From the NCBI GenBank assembly GCA_032718475.1, contig JAUCBJ010001095.1, positions 1 through 64,000 of the forward strand: a stretch of 64,000 bases of DNA, written 5' to 3'. Of the stretch, positions 46,301 to 60,035 are shown piece after piece (the stretch's first letter is position 1; the number at the start of each line of letters is the position of its first letter). This DNA comes from Nemertoderma westbladi. Taxonomy: Eukaryota > Animalia > Xenacoelomorpha. Under the pieces are notes generated by a model. The model did no database searches. It was not told the DNA's origin and saw only the letters and a list, made by a program, of their open reading frames with translations. The position numbers and the translations under genes were made by a program.

Positions 46301-49300
46301 GTATAGAACTAATAATTATGTAAAAATACAATCATATTTCATACAATAATTATTAATAAATTCAATCTATTATTAGTTGCTCAATTCTAGAACAAAATCG
46401 ACCTGCAACTAGTGAAGACCTCGTTTTGGAATTTCGAAACCACGCTGGTGCGATGCGCGATATCGTGTTTAGTTAATAAATTGAAAACTCCATCAATTCA
46501 TGTGAAACCAGTAATAAGAAATCGCGATAAATGTAATTAAAAAAAATTATTCTAGAAAAATTTTCCTCAAAAAGTATGAAGTCTTGGCGTTGGTGACGCG
46601 AAACTAGGCTAGTGAGATTCAGGATATTGCGTTTAATATAAAAATCGAAAACGCTATCGAATTCCGTAAAGGCGTTAATAAAATACTGCAACTTTTTTGA
46701 AATTTGTAAAATTCTAGAACTAGAAAAAATTAAATTTTGAACGGCGCTGTTTGGGGTTTCGAAACATGGATAGACTGAAAGAGGACATCGAATTAAGTTG
46801 AAAAATAAAAACCCCATCGAATTTGGACAAAGCGTTCCGGAGTTATAGCGGATCGAAAAAAATTGACCCCCCCCCCCAGTCGCCAAAAATTTACAGTAAT
46901 TTAAAATTTTGCAAAAAAAATTTTTTGCGTTATTTTTGATGGCGAATCGATTGGCAGTACTGGCTACGAAAAAATTTTTTTTGAAATTTTTGGTCAGAAA
47001 AAAAACATGGAAAAAGTATATTTTTAAAAAGATTTGATGTCTTTGCCTATGGTCAGAGAATGATCCAACTCTGTAACTTGGCAATCGCTCAAATCCATTC
47101 AGCTGAATGGCACAGTAGAGTAAACTAAAGTAAATTCCCTATACAATGTTCTGAAGGGGAGACTGACAGAGAGTAATCCAACAATAAAACATTTTGCAAA
47201 AATGTTGGCATTAATGTAGCCAACACACTGTACTTAAAGTCATTCAGCTTACATTAGCAGAGTGAGATATTCTCATAGAATGCATTGGGAAGAGTAATTC
47301 AGCTGAGGCGATAATAGATTTCTAACTAAACCAACCAGTTAATATTTGCTTTGACAGAGTGTCCTAGGGCCTAAACAAACAGTATGCGGGTGTACTAAGT
47401 ACAATAATCTTGGCAACCTCATCGATTTATACTAAGCCTTGTGTAGAAATCCATTACATAAGCCATTTTTCATCACGACACCAGCTGTTATTGGTGTTAT
47501 TTTACCATTGCGCCTATGGCGTTTTTTCGTTTATGTCTATTTTTCGAGCCCACGGCTCATGGACGAAATAGCGGAACATACAAGGGACCTTAGAATCGCG
47601 GTATCCAGCCGCTGTGAAAATTTCATCAAAATCGTTAGAGTAGTTTTGGCTATAGATTAACCAGCCAGCCAGTCAATCAATCAATCAGCCAACAATTCTT
47701 ACAGTAATGAACCTCTCGGTTCCTAACTAGTGACGGGCCTAGCGGCCCGATAAGGAACCGACTTTTTATTTTAAATAAAAGAGACAACGAGAATTAGTAT
47801 AGAACTAATAATTATCTAAAAATACAATCATATTTCATACAATAATTATTAATAAATTCGATCCATTATTAGTTGCTCAATTCTAGAACAAAATCGACCT
47901 GCAACTAGTGAAGACCTCGTTTTGGAATTTCGAAACCACGCTGGTGCGATGCGCGATATCGTGTTTAGTTAATAAATTGAAAACTCCATCAATTCATGTG
48001 CAATCAGTAATAAGAAATCGCGATAAATGTAATTAAATAAAAATTATTCTAGAAAAATTTTCCTCAAAAAGTATGAAATCTTGGCATTGGTGACGCGAAA
48101 CTAGGCTAGTGAGATTCAGGATATTGCGTTTAATATAAAAATCGAAAACGCTATCGAATTCCGTAAAGGCGTTAATAAAATACTGCAACTTTTTTGAAAT
48201 TTGTAAAATTCTAGAACTAGAAAAAAATAATTTTTGAACGGCGCTGTTTGGGGTTTCGAAACATGGATAGGCTGAAAGAGGACATCGAATTAAGTTGAAA
48301 AATGAAAACCCCATCGAATTTGGACAAAGCGTTCCGGAGTTATAGCGGATCGAAAAAAATTGACCCCCCCCAGTCGCCAAAAATTTACAGTAATTTAAAA
48401 TTTTGCAAAAAAAATTTTTTGGGTTATTTTTGATGGCGAATCGATTGGCAGTACTGGCTACGAAAAATTTTTTTTGAAATTTTTGGTCAGAAAAAAAAAC
48501 ATGGAAAAAGTATATTCTTAAAAAGATTTGATGTCTTTGCCTATGGTCAGAGAATGATCCAACTCTGTAACTTGGCAATCGCTCAAATCCATTCAGCTGA
48601 ATGGCACAGTAGAGTAAACTAAAGTATATTCCCTATACAATGTTCTGAAGGGGAGACTGACAGAGAGTCCAACAATAAAACATTTTGCAATAATGTTGAC
48701 ATTAATGTAGCCAACTCACTGTGTACTTAAGTCATTCAGCTTACATTAGCAGAGGGAGATATTCCCAGAGTGCGCATTGGGAAGAGTAATTCAGCTGAGG
48801 CAATAATAGATTTCAAACTAAACCAACCAGTTAATATTTGCTTTGACAGAGTGTCCTAGGGCCTAAACAAACAGTATGGGTGTACTAAGTACAATAATCT
48901 TGGCAACCTCATCGATTTATACTAAGCCTTGTGTAGAAATCCATTACATAAGCCATTTTTCATCACGACACCAGCTGTTATTGGTGTTATTTTACCATTG
49001 CGCCTATGGCGTTTTTTCGTTTATGTCTATTTTTCGAGCCCACGGCTCATGGACGAAATAGCGGAACATACCAGGGACCTTAGAATCGCGGTATCCAGCC
49101 GCTGTGAAAATTTCATCAAAATCGTTAGAGTAGTTTTGGCTATAGATTAACCAGCCAGCCAGTCAGCCAGTCAATCAGCCAACAATTCTTACAGTAATGA
49201 ACCTCTCGGTTCCTAACTAGTGACGGGCCTAGCGGCCCGATAAGGAACCGACTTTTTATTTTAAATAAAAGAGACAACGAGAATTAGTATAGAACTAATA

Positions 49301-50927
49301 ATTATCTAAAAATACAATCATATTTCATACAATAATTATTAATAAATTCGATCCATTATTTAGTTGCTCAATTCTAGAACAAAATCGACCTGCAACTAGT
49401 GAAGACCTCGTTTTGGAATTTCGAAACCACGCTGGTGCGATGCGCAATATCGTGTTTAGTTAATAAATTGAAAACTCCATCAATTCATGTGCAATCAGTA
49501 ATAAGAAATCGCGATAAATGTAATTAAATAAAAATTATTCTAGAAAAATTTTCCTCAAAAAGTATGAAATCTTGGCATTGGTGACGCGAAACTAGGCTAG
49601 TGAGATTCAGGGTATTGCGTTTAATATAAAAATCGAAAACGCTATCGAATTCCGTAAAGGCGTTAATAAAATACTGCAACTTTTTTGAAATTTGTAAAAT
49701 TCTAGAACTAGAAAAAAATAATTTTTGAACGGCGCTGTTTGGGGTTTCGAAACATGGATAGGCTGAAAGAGGACATCGAATTAAGTTGAAAAATGAAAAC
49801 CCCATCGAATTTGGACAAAGCGTTCCGGAGTTATAGCGGATCGAAAAAAATTGACCCCCCCCCCAGTCGCCAAAAATTTACAGTAATTTAAAATTTTGCA
49901 AAAAAAATTTTTTGCGTTATTTTTGATGGCGAATCGATTGGCAGTACTGGCTACAAAAATTTTTTTTTTGAAATTTTAGGTCAGAAAAAAAAACATGGAA
50001 AAAGTATATTTTTAAAAAGATTTCATGTCTTTGCATATGGTCAGAGAATGATCCAACTCTGTAACTTGGCAATCGCTCAAATCCATTCAGCTGAATGGCA
50101 CAGTAGAGTAAACTAAAGTAAATTCCCAATACAATGTTCTGAAGGGGAGACTGACAGAGAGTAATCCAACCATAAAACACTTTGCAATAATGTTGGCATT
50201 AATGTAGCCAAGAAGTGATTTTTATATTTCAAACTATAATGTTAGTCTTAGCCTTACAGAGTATCAGTATAAGGCTGAGTAAACATTCCACCTTATAAGC
50301 ATACAGCCTCCACAGTATTAATGTTGGCATTAATGTAGCCGATACACTGTATACCTAATAGTCATTCAGCAGGGGGAAGAGTTATTCAGCTGAGGCGGTA
50401 ATAGATTGCAAACTAAACCAACCAGTTGGCAGCCTCATCGATTTATACTAAGCCTGTGTAGAACCACAAACTAAATCAACCAGTTAATATTTGCTTTGAC
50501 AGAGAGTGCAGGGCCTAAACAAACAGTATGGGTGTACTAAGTACAATAATCTTGGCAATCTCATCGATTTATACTAAGCCTTGTGTAGAAATCCATTACA
50601 TAAGCCATTTTTCATCACGACACCAGCTGTTATTGGTGTTATTTTACCATTGCGCCTATGGCGTTTTTTCGTTTATGTCTATTTTTCGAGCCCACGGCTC
50701 ATGGACGAAATAGCGGAACATACCAGGGACCTTAGAATCGCGGTATCCAGCCGCTGTGAAAATTTCATCAAAATCGTTAGAGTAGTTTTGGCTATAGATT
50801 AACCAGCCAGCCAGCCAGCCAGTCAGCTAACAATTCTTACAGTAATGAACCTCTCGGTTCCTAACTAGTGACGGGCCTAGCGGCCCGATAAGGAACCGAC
50901 TTTTTATTTCAAATAAAAGAGACAACG

Positions 50928-52088
50928 AGCTCGGCTCGGTCTGGCATGATTGGGCTCGATTCAGTTCGACTTGGCTTGATGGGCTCGGTTTGGCTCGATT
51001 GGGCTCGACTCAGCTTGATTGGGCTCGACTCGACTCAGCTCGATTCGTCTCAATCGGCTTGATTGGGTTCGACTCGGTTCGGTCTGGCTCGACTTGGCTC
51101 AATTGGGCTCGACTCGGCTCGATTGGTCTCGACTCAGCTCGATTGGGCTTGATTGGTCTTGATTCGGCTCGATTTGGCTCAACTTGGCTCAGTCTAGCTC
51201 GACTGGGCTCGGTCCGGCTCAATTGGGCGCGACTAGGCTTGATTGGGCTCGACTCGGCTCTATTGGGCTCGACTCGATTCGATTAGGCTCAACTCGGCTC
51301 CGTCCGGCTCGACTCGGCTTGATTGGTCTCGACTCGACTCAGTCCGGCTCAATTTGGCGTGACATGGCTCGATTGGGTTCGGCTCGGCTCGATCTGAGTC
51401 GACTCAGCTCGATTCGGCTCAATCGGCTCGATTGGGTTTGACTCGGCTCGGTTCAGCTCGACTCGGCTCAATCCACTCGACTCGGCTCGGTTTGGATTGA
51501 TTTGGGCTTGACTCGGCTTGATTTGGCTCAACTTGGCACAGTATGGCTCGATTGGGCTCGACTTGGCTCGGTCCGGCTCAATTGGGCTCGACTAGGATTG
51601 ATTGGGTTCGACTCGGCTCTATTGGGCTCGACTCAACTCGATTGGGCTTGTCTCGGCTCAGTTTGGATCGCTCGGCTTGATTGGGCTCAACTCAGTTCCA
51701 TTCGGCTAACTCGGCTCGATTGGCTCGTCTCGGCTTGATCGCCTCGATTGGTTCTATTCGGCTCGATCGGTATGATTCTGCTCGATTGACACACGCTGCT
51801 GGAAGGGTCAAAGCCAAACCCACGTGCTGCTCGAAGGGACGAAGTCAAACAGTGTGTCTATTATTTGATGTAACTCACGTGCTGCTCGAAGGACGCAACA
51901 TCATATATCAAGGGTCAAAGCAAAACTCACGTGCTGCTCGAAGGGACAAAGTCAAACAGTGTGTCTATTATTTGATGTAACTCACGTGCTGCTCGATGGG
52001 TCAAAGCCAAACTCACGTGCTGCTCGAAGGGACAAAGTCAAACATTGTGTCTAATATTTGATTAACTCACTTGCTGCTCGAAGGGCGA
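50928..52088. repeat. Pentamer satellite, near-identical copy of 45140-46300
   Basis: Offset 5788 bp. Confidence 0.92.
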
Positions 52089-55000
52089 GTATAGAACTAA
52101 TAATTATGTAAAAATACAATCATATTTCATACAATAATTATTAATAAATTCAATCTATTATTAGTTGCTCAATTCTAGAACAAAATCGACCTGCAACTAG
52201 TGAAGACCTCGTTTTGGAATTTCGAAACCACGCTGGTGCGATGCGCGATATCGTGTTTAGTTAATAAATTGAAAACTCCATCAATTCATGTGAAACCAGT
52301 AATAAGAAATCGCGATAAATGTAATTAAAAAAAATTATTCTAGAAAAATTTTCCTCAAAAAGTATGAAGTCTTGGCGTTGGTGACGCGAAACTAGGCTAG
52401 TGAGATTCAGGATATTGCGTTTAATATAAAAATCGAAAACGCTATCGAATTCCGTAAAGGCGTTAATAAAATACTGCAACTTTTTTGAAATTTGTAAAAT
52501 TCTAGAACTAGAAAAAATTAAATTTTGAACGGCGCTGTTTGGGGTTTCGAAACATGGATAGACTGAAAGAGGACATCGAATTAAGTTGAAAAATAAAAAC
52601 CCCATCGAATTTGGACAAAGCGTTCCGGAGTTATAGCGGATCGAAAAAAATTGACCCCCCCCCCCAGTCGCCAAAAATTTACAGTAATTTAAAATTTTGC
52701 AAAAAAAATTTTTTGCGTTATTTTTGATGGCGAATCGATTGGCAGTACTGGCTACGAAAAAATTTTTTTTGAAATTTTTGGTCAGAAAAAAAACATGGAA
52801 AAAGTATATTTTTAAAAAGATTTGATGTCTTTGCCTATGGTCAGAGAATGATCCAACTCTGTAACTTGGCAATCGCTCAAATCCATTCAGCTGAATGGCA
52901 CAGTAGAGTAAACTAAAGTAAATTCCCTATACAATGTTCTGAAGGGGAGACTGACAGAGAGTAATCCAACAATAAAACATTTTGCAAAAATGTTGGCATT
53001 AATGTAGCCAACACACTGTACTTAAAGTCATTCAGCTTACATTAGCAGAGTGAGATATTCTCATAGAATGCATTGGGAAGAGTAATTCAGCTGAGGCGAT
53101 AATAGATTTCTAACTAAACCAACCAGTTAATATTTGCTTTGACAGAGTGTCCTAGGGCCTAAACAAACAGTATGCGGGTGTACTAAGTACAATAATCTTG
53201 GCAACCTCATCGATTTATACTAAGCCTTGTGTAGAAATCCATTACATAAGCCATTTTTCATCACGACACCAGCTGTTATTGGTGTTATTTTACCATTGCG
53301 CCTATGGCGTTTTTTCGTTTATGTCTATTTTTCGAGCCCACGGCTCATGGACGAAATAGCGGAACATACAAGGGACCTTAGAATCGCGGTATCCAGCCGC
53401 TGTGAAAATTTCATCAAAATCGTTAGAGTAGTTTTGGCTATAGATTAACCAGCCAGCCAGTCAATCAATCAATCAGCCAACAATTCTTACAGTAATGAAC
53501 CTCTCGGTTCCTAACTAGTGACGGGCCTAGCGGCCCGATAAGGAACCGACTTTTTATTTTAAATAAAAGAGACAACGAGAATTAGTATAGAACTAATAAT
53601 TATCTAAAAATACAATCATATTTCATACAATAATTATTAATAAATTCGATCCATTATTAGTTGCTCAATTCTAGAACAAAATCGACCTGCAACTAGTGAA
53701 GACCTCGTTTTGGAATTTCGAAACCACGCTGGTGCGATGCGCGATATCGTGTTTAGTTAATAAATTGAAAACTCCATCAATTCATGTGCAATCAGTAATA
53801 AGAAATCGCGATAAATGTAATTAAATAAAAATTATTCTAGAAAAATTTTCCTCAAAAAGTATGAAATCTTGGCATTGGTGACGCGAAACTAGGCTAGTGA
53901 GATTCAGGATATTGCGTTTAATATAAAAATCGAAAACGCTATCGAATTCCGTAAAGGCGTTAATAAAATACTGCAACTTTTTTGAAATTTGTAAAATTCT
54001 AGAACTAGAAAAAAATAATTTTTGAACGGCGCTGTTTGGGGTTTCGAAACATGGATAGGCTGAAAGAGGACATCGAATTAAGTTGAAAAATGAAAACCCC
54101 ATCGAATTTGGACAAAGCGTTCCGGAGTTATAGCGGATCGAAAAAAATTGACCCCCCCCAGTCGCCAAAAATTTACAGTAATTTAAAATTTTGCAAAAAA
54201 AATTTTTTGGGTTATTTTTGATGGCGAATCGATTGGCAGTACTGGCTACGAAAAAATTTTTTTGAAATTTTTGGTCAGAAAAAAAAACATGGAAAAAGTA
54301 TATTCTTAAAAAGATTTGATGTCTTTGCCTATGGTCAGAGAATGATCCAACTCTGTAACTTGGCAATCGCTCAAATCCATTCAGCTGAATGGCACAGTAG
54401 AGTAAACTAAAGTATATTCCCTATACAATGTTCTGAAGGGGAGACTGACAGAGAGTCCAACAATAAAACATTTTGCAATAATGTTGACATTAATGTAGCC
54501 AACTCACTGTGTACTTAAGTCATTCAGCTTACATTAGCAGAGGGAGATATTCCCAGAGTGCGCATTGGGAAGAGTAATTCAGCTGAGGCAATAATAGATT
54601 TCAAACTAAACCAACCAGTTAATATTTGCTTTGACAGAGTGTCCTAGGGCCTAAACAAACAGTATGGGTGTACTAAGTACAATAATCTTGGCAACCTCAT
54701 CGATTTATACTAAGCCTTGTGTAGAAATCCATTACATAAGCCATTTTTCATCACGACACCAGCTGTTATTGGTGTTATTTTACCATTGCGCCTATGGCGT
54801 TTTTTCGTTTATGTCTATTTTTCGAGCCCACGGCTCATGGACGAAATAGCGGAACATACCAGGGACCTTAGAATCGCGGTATCCAGCCGCTGTGAAAATT
54901 TCATCAAAATCGTTAGAGTAGTTTTGGCTATAGATTAACCAGCCAGCCAGTCAGCCAGTCAATCAGCCAACAATTCTTACAGTAATGAACCTCTCGGTTC

Positions 55001-58000
55001 CTAACTAGTGACGGGCCTAGCGGCCCGATAAGGAACCGACTTTTTATTTTAAATAAAAGAGACAACGAGAATTAGTATAGAACTAATAATTATCTAAAAA
55101 TACAATCATATTTCATACAATAATTATTAATAAATTCGATCCATTATTTAGTTGCTCAATTCTAGAACAAAATCGACCTGCAACTAGTGAAGACCTCGTT
55201 TTGGAATTTCGAAACCACGCTGGTGCGATGCGCAATATCGTGTTTAGTTAATAAATTGAAAACTCCATCAATTCATGTGCAATCAGTAATAAGAAATCGC
55301 GATAAATGTAATTAAATAAAAATTATTCTAGAAAAATTTTCCTCAAAAAGTATGAAATCTTGGCATTGGTGACGCGAAACTAGGCTAGTGAGATTCAGGG
55401 TATTGCGTTTAATATAAAAATCGAAAACGCTATCGAATTCCGTAAAGGCGTTAATAAAATACTGCAACTTTTTTGAAATTTGTAAAATTCTAGAACTAGA
55501 AAAAAATAATTTTTGAACGGCGCTGTTTGGGGTTTCGAAACATGGATAGGCTGAAAGAGGACATCGAATTAAGTTGAAAAATGAAAACCCCATCGAATTT
55601 GGACAAAGCGTTCCGGAGTTATAGCGGATCGAAAAAAATTGACCCCCCCCAGTCGCCAAAAATTTACAGTAATTTAAAATTTTGCAAAAAAAATTTTTTG
55701 CGTTATTTTTGATGGCGAATCGATTGGCAGTACTGGCTACGAAAATTTTTTTTTGAAATTTTTGGTCAGAAAAAAAAACATGGAAAAAGTATAATTTTAA
55801 AAAGATTTGATGTCTTTGCCTATGGTCAGAGAATGATCCAACTCTGTACTTGGCAATCGCTCAAATCCATTCAGCTGAATGGCACAGTTGAGTAAACTAA
55901 AGTAAATTCCCTATACAATGTTCTGAAGGGGAGACTGACAGAGAGTAATCAAACAATAAAACATGTTGCAATAATGTTGGCATTAATGTAGCCAACTCAC
56001 TGTGTACGTAACAGTCATTCAGCTTACATTAGCAGAGTGAGATATTCCCATACATTGCATTGGGAAGAGTAATTCAGCTGAGGCTATAATAGATTTCAAA
56101 CTAAACCAACCACCAGTCAATGTTTGCTTTGACAGAGAGTGCAGGGCCTAAACAAACAGTATGGGTGTACTAAGTACAATAATCTTGGCAACCTCATCGA
56201 TTTATACTAAGCCTTGTGTAGAAATGCATTACATAAGCCATTTTTCATCACGACACCAGCTGTTATTGGTGTTATTTTACCATTGCGCCTATGGCGTTTT
56301 TTCGTTTATCTCTATTTTTCGAGCCCAGAGGCTATGGACGGAGTAGCCGATCATGCCAGGGACCTTAGAATCGCGGTATCTAGATGCTGTGAAAATTTCA
56401 TCAAAATCGTTAGAGTAGTTTTGGCTGTAGATTAGCCAGTCAGCCAGCCAGTCAGCTAACAATTCTTACAGTAATGAACCTCTCGGTTCCTAACTAGAGA
56501 CGGCGTCAAGACGCCGTTAAGCAAGTCGGAAGTCATCAATCAAATATAAATTCCCTCAACAATGTTTACCTATGGTCAGAATGGAAGGGCTATTTACCTA
56601 TGGTCAGAGAGAGATCCCACTCTGTAATTTGGCAATTGCTCAAATTCATTCAGTTGAATGGCACAGTAGAGTGAACTAAACTAAATTCCCTCAACAATGT
56701 TTGGCTATGGTCTGAAAGAACTAACAGTCATTCAGCTTGCACAATGTCAATCACCTACAGTATAAAACATTTAGAATGCCACAGTGTGTATCCTGATACA
56801 GATAATAAGCAGTGATATATATATTTCAAACTATAATGTTAGTGTTAGCCTTACACAGTATCAGTATGAGGCTGAGTAAACATTCCACCTTATAAGCATA
56901 CTGCCTCCACAGAATTAATGTTGGCCGAAAGATTTAAAAATAAAACAATTATTATTATAAATACAGTGCAATCCAATAGTACCCAACACACTGTGTAACT
57001 AACAGTCAATCAGCTTACACGTCAATTAACATAGAAGAGAGAGTAACCTTGTAGATCGCCATAGAAAGCATTGGGAAGAGTTATTCAGCTGAGGCTGTAA
57101 TAGCCGGCTAACCCAGTGAATGATTATAAAGTTGGCACTGTATGTACTTCCTTGTTAGGTGGCTCCCTATAGAATAGCAAACCAACCAGTTGATGTTTGT
57201 TTGCACAGAGTGGTTGGTAGGGCCTAAACAAACAGTATGGGTGTACTGAGTACAATAATCTTGGCAACCTCATCGATTTATACTAAGCCTTGTGTAGAAA
57301 TGCATTACATAAGCCATTTTTCATCAGGACACCAGCTGTCATGGGTGTTATTTTACCATTGCGCCTATGGCGTTTTTTTCGTTTATCTCTATTTTTCGAG
57401 CCCAGAGGCTATGGACGGAGTAGCCGATCATGCCAGGGACCTTAGAATCGCGGTATCTAGATGCTGTGAAAATTTCATCAAAATCGTTAGAGTAGTTTTG
57501 GCTGTAGATCAGCCAGCCAGCCAGCCAGCCAGTCAGCCAGCCAGCCAGCCAGTCAGTCAGTCAACAATTCTTACAGTAATCAAGTCTAACGACTTGCTAA
57601 CTAGTGACGGGCCTAGCGGCCCGATAAGGAACCGACTTTTTATTTTAAATAAAAGAGACAACGAGAATTAGTATAGAACTAATAATTATCTAAAAATACA
57701 ATCATATTTCATACAATAATTATTAATAAATTCGATCCATTATTAGTTGCTCAATTCTAGAACAAAATCGACCTGCAACTAGTGAAGACCTCGTTTTGGA
57801 ATTTCGAAACCACGCTGGTGCGATGCGCGATATCGTGTTTAGTTAATAAATTGAAAACTCCATCAATTCATGTGCAACCAGTAATAAGAAATCGCGATAA
57901 ATGTAATTAAATAAAAATTATTCTAGAAAAATTTTCCTCAAAAAGTATGAAATCTTGGCATTGGTGACGCGAAACTAGGCTAGTGAGATTCAGGATATTG

Positions 58001-59164
58001 CGTTTAATATAAAAATCAAAAACGCTATCGAATTCCGTAAAGGCGTTAATAAAATACTGCAACTTTTTTGAAATTTGTAAAATTCTAGAACTAGAAAAAA
58101 TTAATTTTTGAACGGCGCTGTTTGGGGTTTCGAAACATGGATAGGCTGAAAGAGGACATCGAATTAAGTTGAAAAATGAAAACCCCATCGAATTTGGACA
58201 AAGCGTTCCGGAGTTATAGCGGATCGAAAAAAATTGACCCCCCCCAGTCGCCAAAAATTTACAGTAATTTAAAATTTTGCAAAATAATTTTTTGCGTTAT
58301 TTTTGATGGCGAATCGATTGGCAGTACTGGCTACGAAAAAATTTTTTTGAAATTTTTGGTCAGAAAAAAAAACATGGAAAAAGTATATTCTTAAAAAGAT
58401 TTGATGTCTTTGCCTATGGTCAGAGAATGATCCAACTCTGTACTTGGCAATCGCTCAAATCCATTCAGCTGAATGGCACAGTAGAGTAAACTAAAGTAAA
58501 TTCCCTATACAATGTTCTGAAGGGGAGACTGACAGAGAGTAATCCAACAATAAAACATTTTGCAATAATGTTGGCATTAATGTAGCCAACACACTGTGTA
58601 CTAAAGTCATTCAGCTTACATTAGCAGAGGGAGATATTCGCATAGAATGCATTGGGAAGAGTAATTCAGCTGAGGCGATTAACTAAACCAACCAGTTAAT
58701 ATGCTTTGACAGAGTGTCCTAGGGCCTAAACAAACAAACAGTATGGGTGTACTGAGTACAATAATCTTGGCAACCTCATCGATTTATACTAAGCCTTGTG
58801 TAGAAATGCATTACATAAGCCATTTTTCATGAGGACACCAGCTGTTATTGGTGTTATTTTACCATTGCGCCTATGGCGTTTTTTCGTTTATGTCTATTTT
58901 TCGAACCCACGGCTCATGGACGAAATAGCGGAACATACCAGGGACCTTAGAATCGCGGTATCTAGCCGCTGTGAAAATTTCATCAAAATCGTTAGAGTGG
59001 TTTTGGCTAGAGATTAGTCAGTCAGTCAGTCAGTCAATCAGTCAGTCAGTCAGCCAGCCAGTCTCGAGCAATTCTTACAGTAATGAACCTCTCGGTTCCT
59101 AACTAGTGACGGGCCTAGCGGCCCGATAAGGAACCGACTTTTTTTTCAAATAAAAGAGACAATG

Positions 59165-60035
59165 AGCTCGGCTCGGTCTGGCACGATTGGGCTCGATTCA
59201 GTTCGACTTGGCTTGATCGGCTCGGTTTGGCTCGATTGGGCTAGACTCGGCTTGATTGGGCTCGACTTGACACATCTCGATTCGGCTCAATCGGCTTGAT
59301 TGGGTTCGACTCGGCTCAGTCCGGCTCGATTGGGCTCGACTCGGCTCGATTGGGCTCGAATCGGTTCGATTTGGATTCATTGGGCTTGACTCGGCTTGAT
59401 TTGGCTCAACTTGGCTCAGTCCGGCTCGATTGGGCTCGACTTAGGCTTGATTGGGCTCGACTCGGCTCTATTGGGCTCGACTCGATTCGATTGGGCTCGA
59501 CTCGGCTTGATTGGGCTCGACTCGACTCAGTCCGGCTCAATTTGGCGTGACACGGCTCAATTGGGCTCGGCTTGGCTCGGTCTGAGTCGACGCAGCTCAA
59601 TTCGGCTCAATTGGCTCGATTGGGTTCGACTCGGCTCGGTCTGGCTCGACTCGGCTCGATTGGGATTGATTGGGCTCAACTTGGCTCAGTCTGGCTCGAT
59701 TGGGCTCGGTCCGGCTCAATGAGGCACGACTAGGATTGATTGGGCTCGAATCGGCTCTATTGGGCTCGACTCGACTCGATTGGGCTTGCCTCGCCTCAGT
59801 CTGGCTCGACTAGGCTTGATTGGGCACAACTCGGCTCCGTTCGGCTTGACTCGGCTCGATTGGGCTAGACTCGGCTTGATCGCCTTGATTGGTTCTATTC
59901 GGCTCGATCAGTATGATTCGGCTCGATTGACACACGCTGCTGGAAGGGTCAAAGCCAAACTCACGTGCTGCTCGAAGGGACAAAGTCAAACATTGTGTCT
60001 AATATTTGATTAACTTACGTGCTGCTCGAAGGGCG
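59165..60035. repeat. Pentamer satellite, diverged third copy
   Basis: Same start (GAGCTCGGCTCGGTCTGGCA) and end (GATTGACACACGCTGCTGGAAGGG) but a different internal arrangement. Confidence 0.9.

Noticed and set aside
44776-60013. ARLGSIGLD-type repeat ORFs
   Set aside because: Translations of the 5-bp satellite in several frames on both strands; no coding evidence.
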